Positions 6,021 through 7,690 of a stretch of 7,690 nucleotides of DNA are shown piece by piece. Source of the DNA: Candidatus Jordarchaeales archaeon (lineage in GTDB: Archaea; Asgardarchaeota; Jordiarchaeia; Jordiarchaeales; Freyrarchaeaceae); contig JAWCFL010000052.1 in assembly GCA_038858525.1 (NCBI GenBank), forward strand, positions 3,342-11,031, written 5' to 3'. Every line of letters starts with the position of its first letter. Position 1 is the stretch's first letter. A model generated the notes under the pieces. That model was not told the DNA's origin, did no database searches, and saw only the letters and a list, made by a program, of their open reading frames with translations. Both the position numbers and the translations under genes were made by a program.

Positions 6021-6449
6021 TTGATGGGTATTGAGATTGAGCCTCCGGTTAGGCGGGGCTCATTTAAGGGGATATTTGGTATGGCTGAATTTTTAGAGGA
6101 GGGCCCAATCCGCAAATTTATCCGTGAATGGAAGCCTATTCTTCCAAGGGAGAAGCTTCTAAAGGAGTTTTTGGGTGAGCCTAGCCCACCTGTCCTTATT
6201 GGCGGCGAGTGGGTTGACGCTGAAATAGACCGTATGATAGAGGAGAAACAGAAGGAGTGGCGGACTCGCGGATACACTGAGAATCAGATTCGCATGGCTA
6301 CAGACCTTGCAAAGGGATGGATAAGTAAGATGTCTGAGGCTTTTGCACCGGAAGAATTGAAGTCTGCAGTTGCTAAACACATAACCCCAAAGGCTTTAGA
6401 AGTTGCTGATTCCTGGCTGAAAAAGATTGCAGGTTCAAGGGTAATTTAG
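6021..6449 (+). CDS. Helical hypothetical protein (paralog of 3807..4151); start may be 6021, 6024 or 6081
   Basis: MAEFLEEGPIRKFIREWKPILPREKLLKEFLGE (from 6081) aligns with the N-terminus of the 114-aa protein. Its stop overlaps the convergent ATPase stop. Confidence 0.85.
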   Translation: MMGIEIEPPVRRGSFKGIFGMAEFLEEGPIRKFIREWKPILPREKLLKEFLGEPSPPVLIGGEWVDAEIDRMIEEKQKEWRTRGYTENQIRMATDLAKGWISKMSEAFAPEELKSAVAKHITPKALEVADSWLKKIAGSRVI

Positions 6450-7423
6450 GTTTGCTTAGCAAGAAGCTCTATTACCCTGTCCACGTCTTCCCTTGACTTC
6501 TCCTTTAATAGGCGTGCAACTTTAATTGAGTCCCGTACGTCTCTTGTTTTAAGCCTTCTTAAAACTTGGTCTGCTATGTAAACTGCTAATCCCATTGGAA
6601 CCCCCTCCCTTTGCTGCAACACTTTCGCGGATACGTCTATAAACTCGTCGTCGCTGTAGTCCCTGAACCTTAACTTTATGAAGCGACTTAAAAGTTCAGG
6701 TGGAAGCCTATCAATCCTGTTACATGCACCTATAACTTTCGTGTTTAAAGTTTTAGATCTTCTCCGCCCATATTTAACTTCACTAATAAATCCACGTTCC
6801 ATTAGACTTAGGAGAATGCTCAAATCTTCCATTGATTGTATCTTGTCAATCTCGTCCAAGATGAGGAAGCTTGGCTCTTCGTTGTATAGTAATTCGAAGA
6901 GTCCCGCTTTGGAGGTACTTGAACCCAAAATGTATTTGGATCCGGGAAGCCTTGAAAGACATTCAAGAATCAAAGATTTCGCTGAGCTTGGCGAGCCGTA
7001 AAGTAGAAGGTGGCATCTTTCCTTGGATCTTAAGGCCCTCAGTATTATCTCCTTTTTCTCTTCATGTCCTATTACTAAATCCAATATGTCGGAGGGAACC
7101 TCAACTGTCACTTCTTCAGGCTTAACGGTTAGTTTTTCAGCGTCTTTAAGGGCTTTCTCAACAGTTTCAAGGTTTACAAGCCTATATGCTGTTCCACTAT
7201 TGGTTCGCAGTACAACCTTCAAAACCTGCATGACTACAAGCTTGTTTAAGACGCGGGGGTCTCCGCTCACCATGTGCCAGTAGAAGCCGTCATACTCGTT
7301 TTTAGGAGGGTTGTTCTTCTCCCATTCTAGGATACGTTTAAACAAGCCTTTCAACTCGCCGGACTCATCGTTGGACAAGAGTGAAAGCACGGTTTGGTAA
7401 AGCTTTTCCAGACTTACAGCCAT
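6446..7423 (-). CDS. N-terminal wHTH-like domain plus AAA+ ATPase (RuvB/MCM-like, pre-sensor-1 beta-hairpin type)
   Basis: Walker A GSPSSAKS (MCM-like GxPxxAKS), Walker B FLILDEID, ERGFISEVKYG hairpin, sensor 1 IGACN, arginine finger LLSRF. N-terminal DPRVLNKLVVMQVLKVV...TAYRL is wHTH-like. Confidence 0.85.
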   Translation of the reverse strand: MAVSLEKLYQTVLSLLSNDESGELKGLFKRILEWEKNNPPKNEYDGFYWHMVSGDPRVLNKLVVMQVLKVVLRTNSGTAYRLVNLETVEKALKDAEKLTVKPEEVTVEVPSDILDLVIGHEEKKEIILRALRSKERCHLLLYGSPSSAKSLILECLSRLPGSKYILGSSTSKAGLFELLYNEEPSFLILDEIDKIQSMEDLSILLSLMERGFISEVKYGRRRSKTLNTKVIGACNRIDRLPPELLSRFIKLRFRDYSDDEFIDVSAKVLQQREGVPMGLAVYIADQVLRRLKTRDVRDSIKVARLLKEKSREDVDRVIELLAKQT

Positions 7424-7490
7424 AGCAAAGCCTTCTAAACGAATATTGGTAGAGGGAGACCCTTAATCAAATATCAAATTCAGCAACATA

Positions 7491-7500
7491 AACTTATAAG
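7491..7500 (+). promoter_or_regulatory. BRE/TATA promoter (AAACTTATAAG) of the final gene
   Basis: TTATAAG preceded by AAAC, 33 nt before ATG 7534. A GAGGGA SD lies just before the ATG. Confidence 0.55.
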
Positions 7501-7533
7501 TGTTCACAACAAAGCCCATCATGAGGGACCTTA

Positions 7534-7690
7534 ATGGCAACCCTAGAAGAAATGGCAAGTAAAGGATACACCAAGGCAACAGCGAAAGATGCAAACATAA
7601 AGCGTAGTTGGGAAGCAGCCAAAGAACGCTGCATCGCCAACTACGGCAAACTACCCTTCGGACCAACCAGGAAAGCAAACCACGCCGCAG
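7534..7690 (+). CDS. 3'-truncated basic, Ala-rich helical protein (not in ORF track); possible virion nucleoprotein/capsid protein
   Basis: Hand translation: MATLEEMASKGYTKATAKDANIKRSWEAAKERCIANYGKLPFGPTRKANHAA..., open to the window end, with promoter and SD. The CDS is well supported; the structural role is speculative. Confidence 0.7.
   Translation, partial: MATLEEMASKGYTKATAKDANIKRSWEAAKERCIANYGKLPFGPTRKANHAA

Noticed and set aside
6021-6080. N-terminal extension MMGIEIEPPVRRGSFKGIFG as a class III signal peptide or propeptide
   Set aside because: No hydrophobic stretch follows the RRG, and the true start codon is uncertain (6021, 6024 or 6081).
7521-7531. ATGAGGGACCT identical to the first 11 nt of the ARPP-1 gene
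   Set aside because: Here it is simply the SD region, and the frame stops after four codons. A single 11-mer match is plausible by chance.
206-7678. Shadow ORFs in the track: 206..433, 357..542, 2565..2759, 2740..2985, 3867..4076, 3895..4137, 5164..5385, 5325..5588, 5993..6277, 6159..6380, 6678..7001, 6871..7125, 7023..7283, 7463..7678
   Set aside because: Each lies antisense to, or out of frame within, a better-supported gene and has non-protein-like composition with no SD or promoter support. 7463..7678 is the antisense of the real 7534 gene.
1-7690. CRISPR array, tRNA/rRNA, integrase, att sites or IS ends
   Set aside because: No regularly spaced direct repeats, cloverleaf-like segments, recombinase motifs or terminal repeats were found on reading.

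Overview
This is a gene-dense, archaeal-type window: BRE/TATA promoters, GGAGG/GGTGA-type Shine-Dalgarno sites, overlapping start/stop codons and no housekeeping genes. It reads like part of an archaeal virus, provirus or other mobile element, but that is inference because no integrase, att site or proven capsid gene is visible. Coding blocks switch strand eight times. From left to right: a 5'-truncated SCP2-like lipid-binding protein and a 93-aa helical protein (+); a MenA/UBIAD1-type UbiA prenyltransferase preceded by a 57-aa AbrB-like regulator missing from the ORF track (-); a 36-aa single-TM peptide, also missing from the track (+); a four-gene operon ending in a membrane-anchored caspase/gingipain-like (clan CD) His-Cys protease (-); two small proteins (+); an ARPP-1 (DUF6569) domain fused to a winged HTH, with a perfect 9-bp inverted repeat just upstream of its start (-); a paralog of the 114-aa protein sharing its N-terminal motif and extended promoter (+); a wHTH-AAA+ ATPase of the RuvB/MCM-like type (-); and a 3'-truncated basic helical protein (+). 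No rRNA, tRNA or CRISPR array was seen. All family calls come from motifs read by eye, not database searches.
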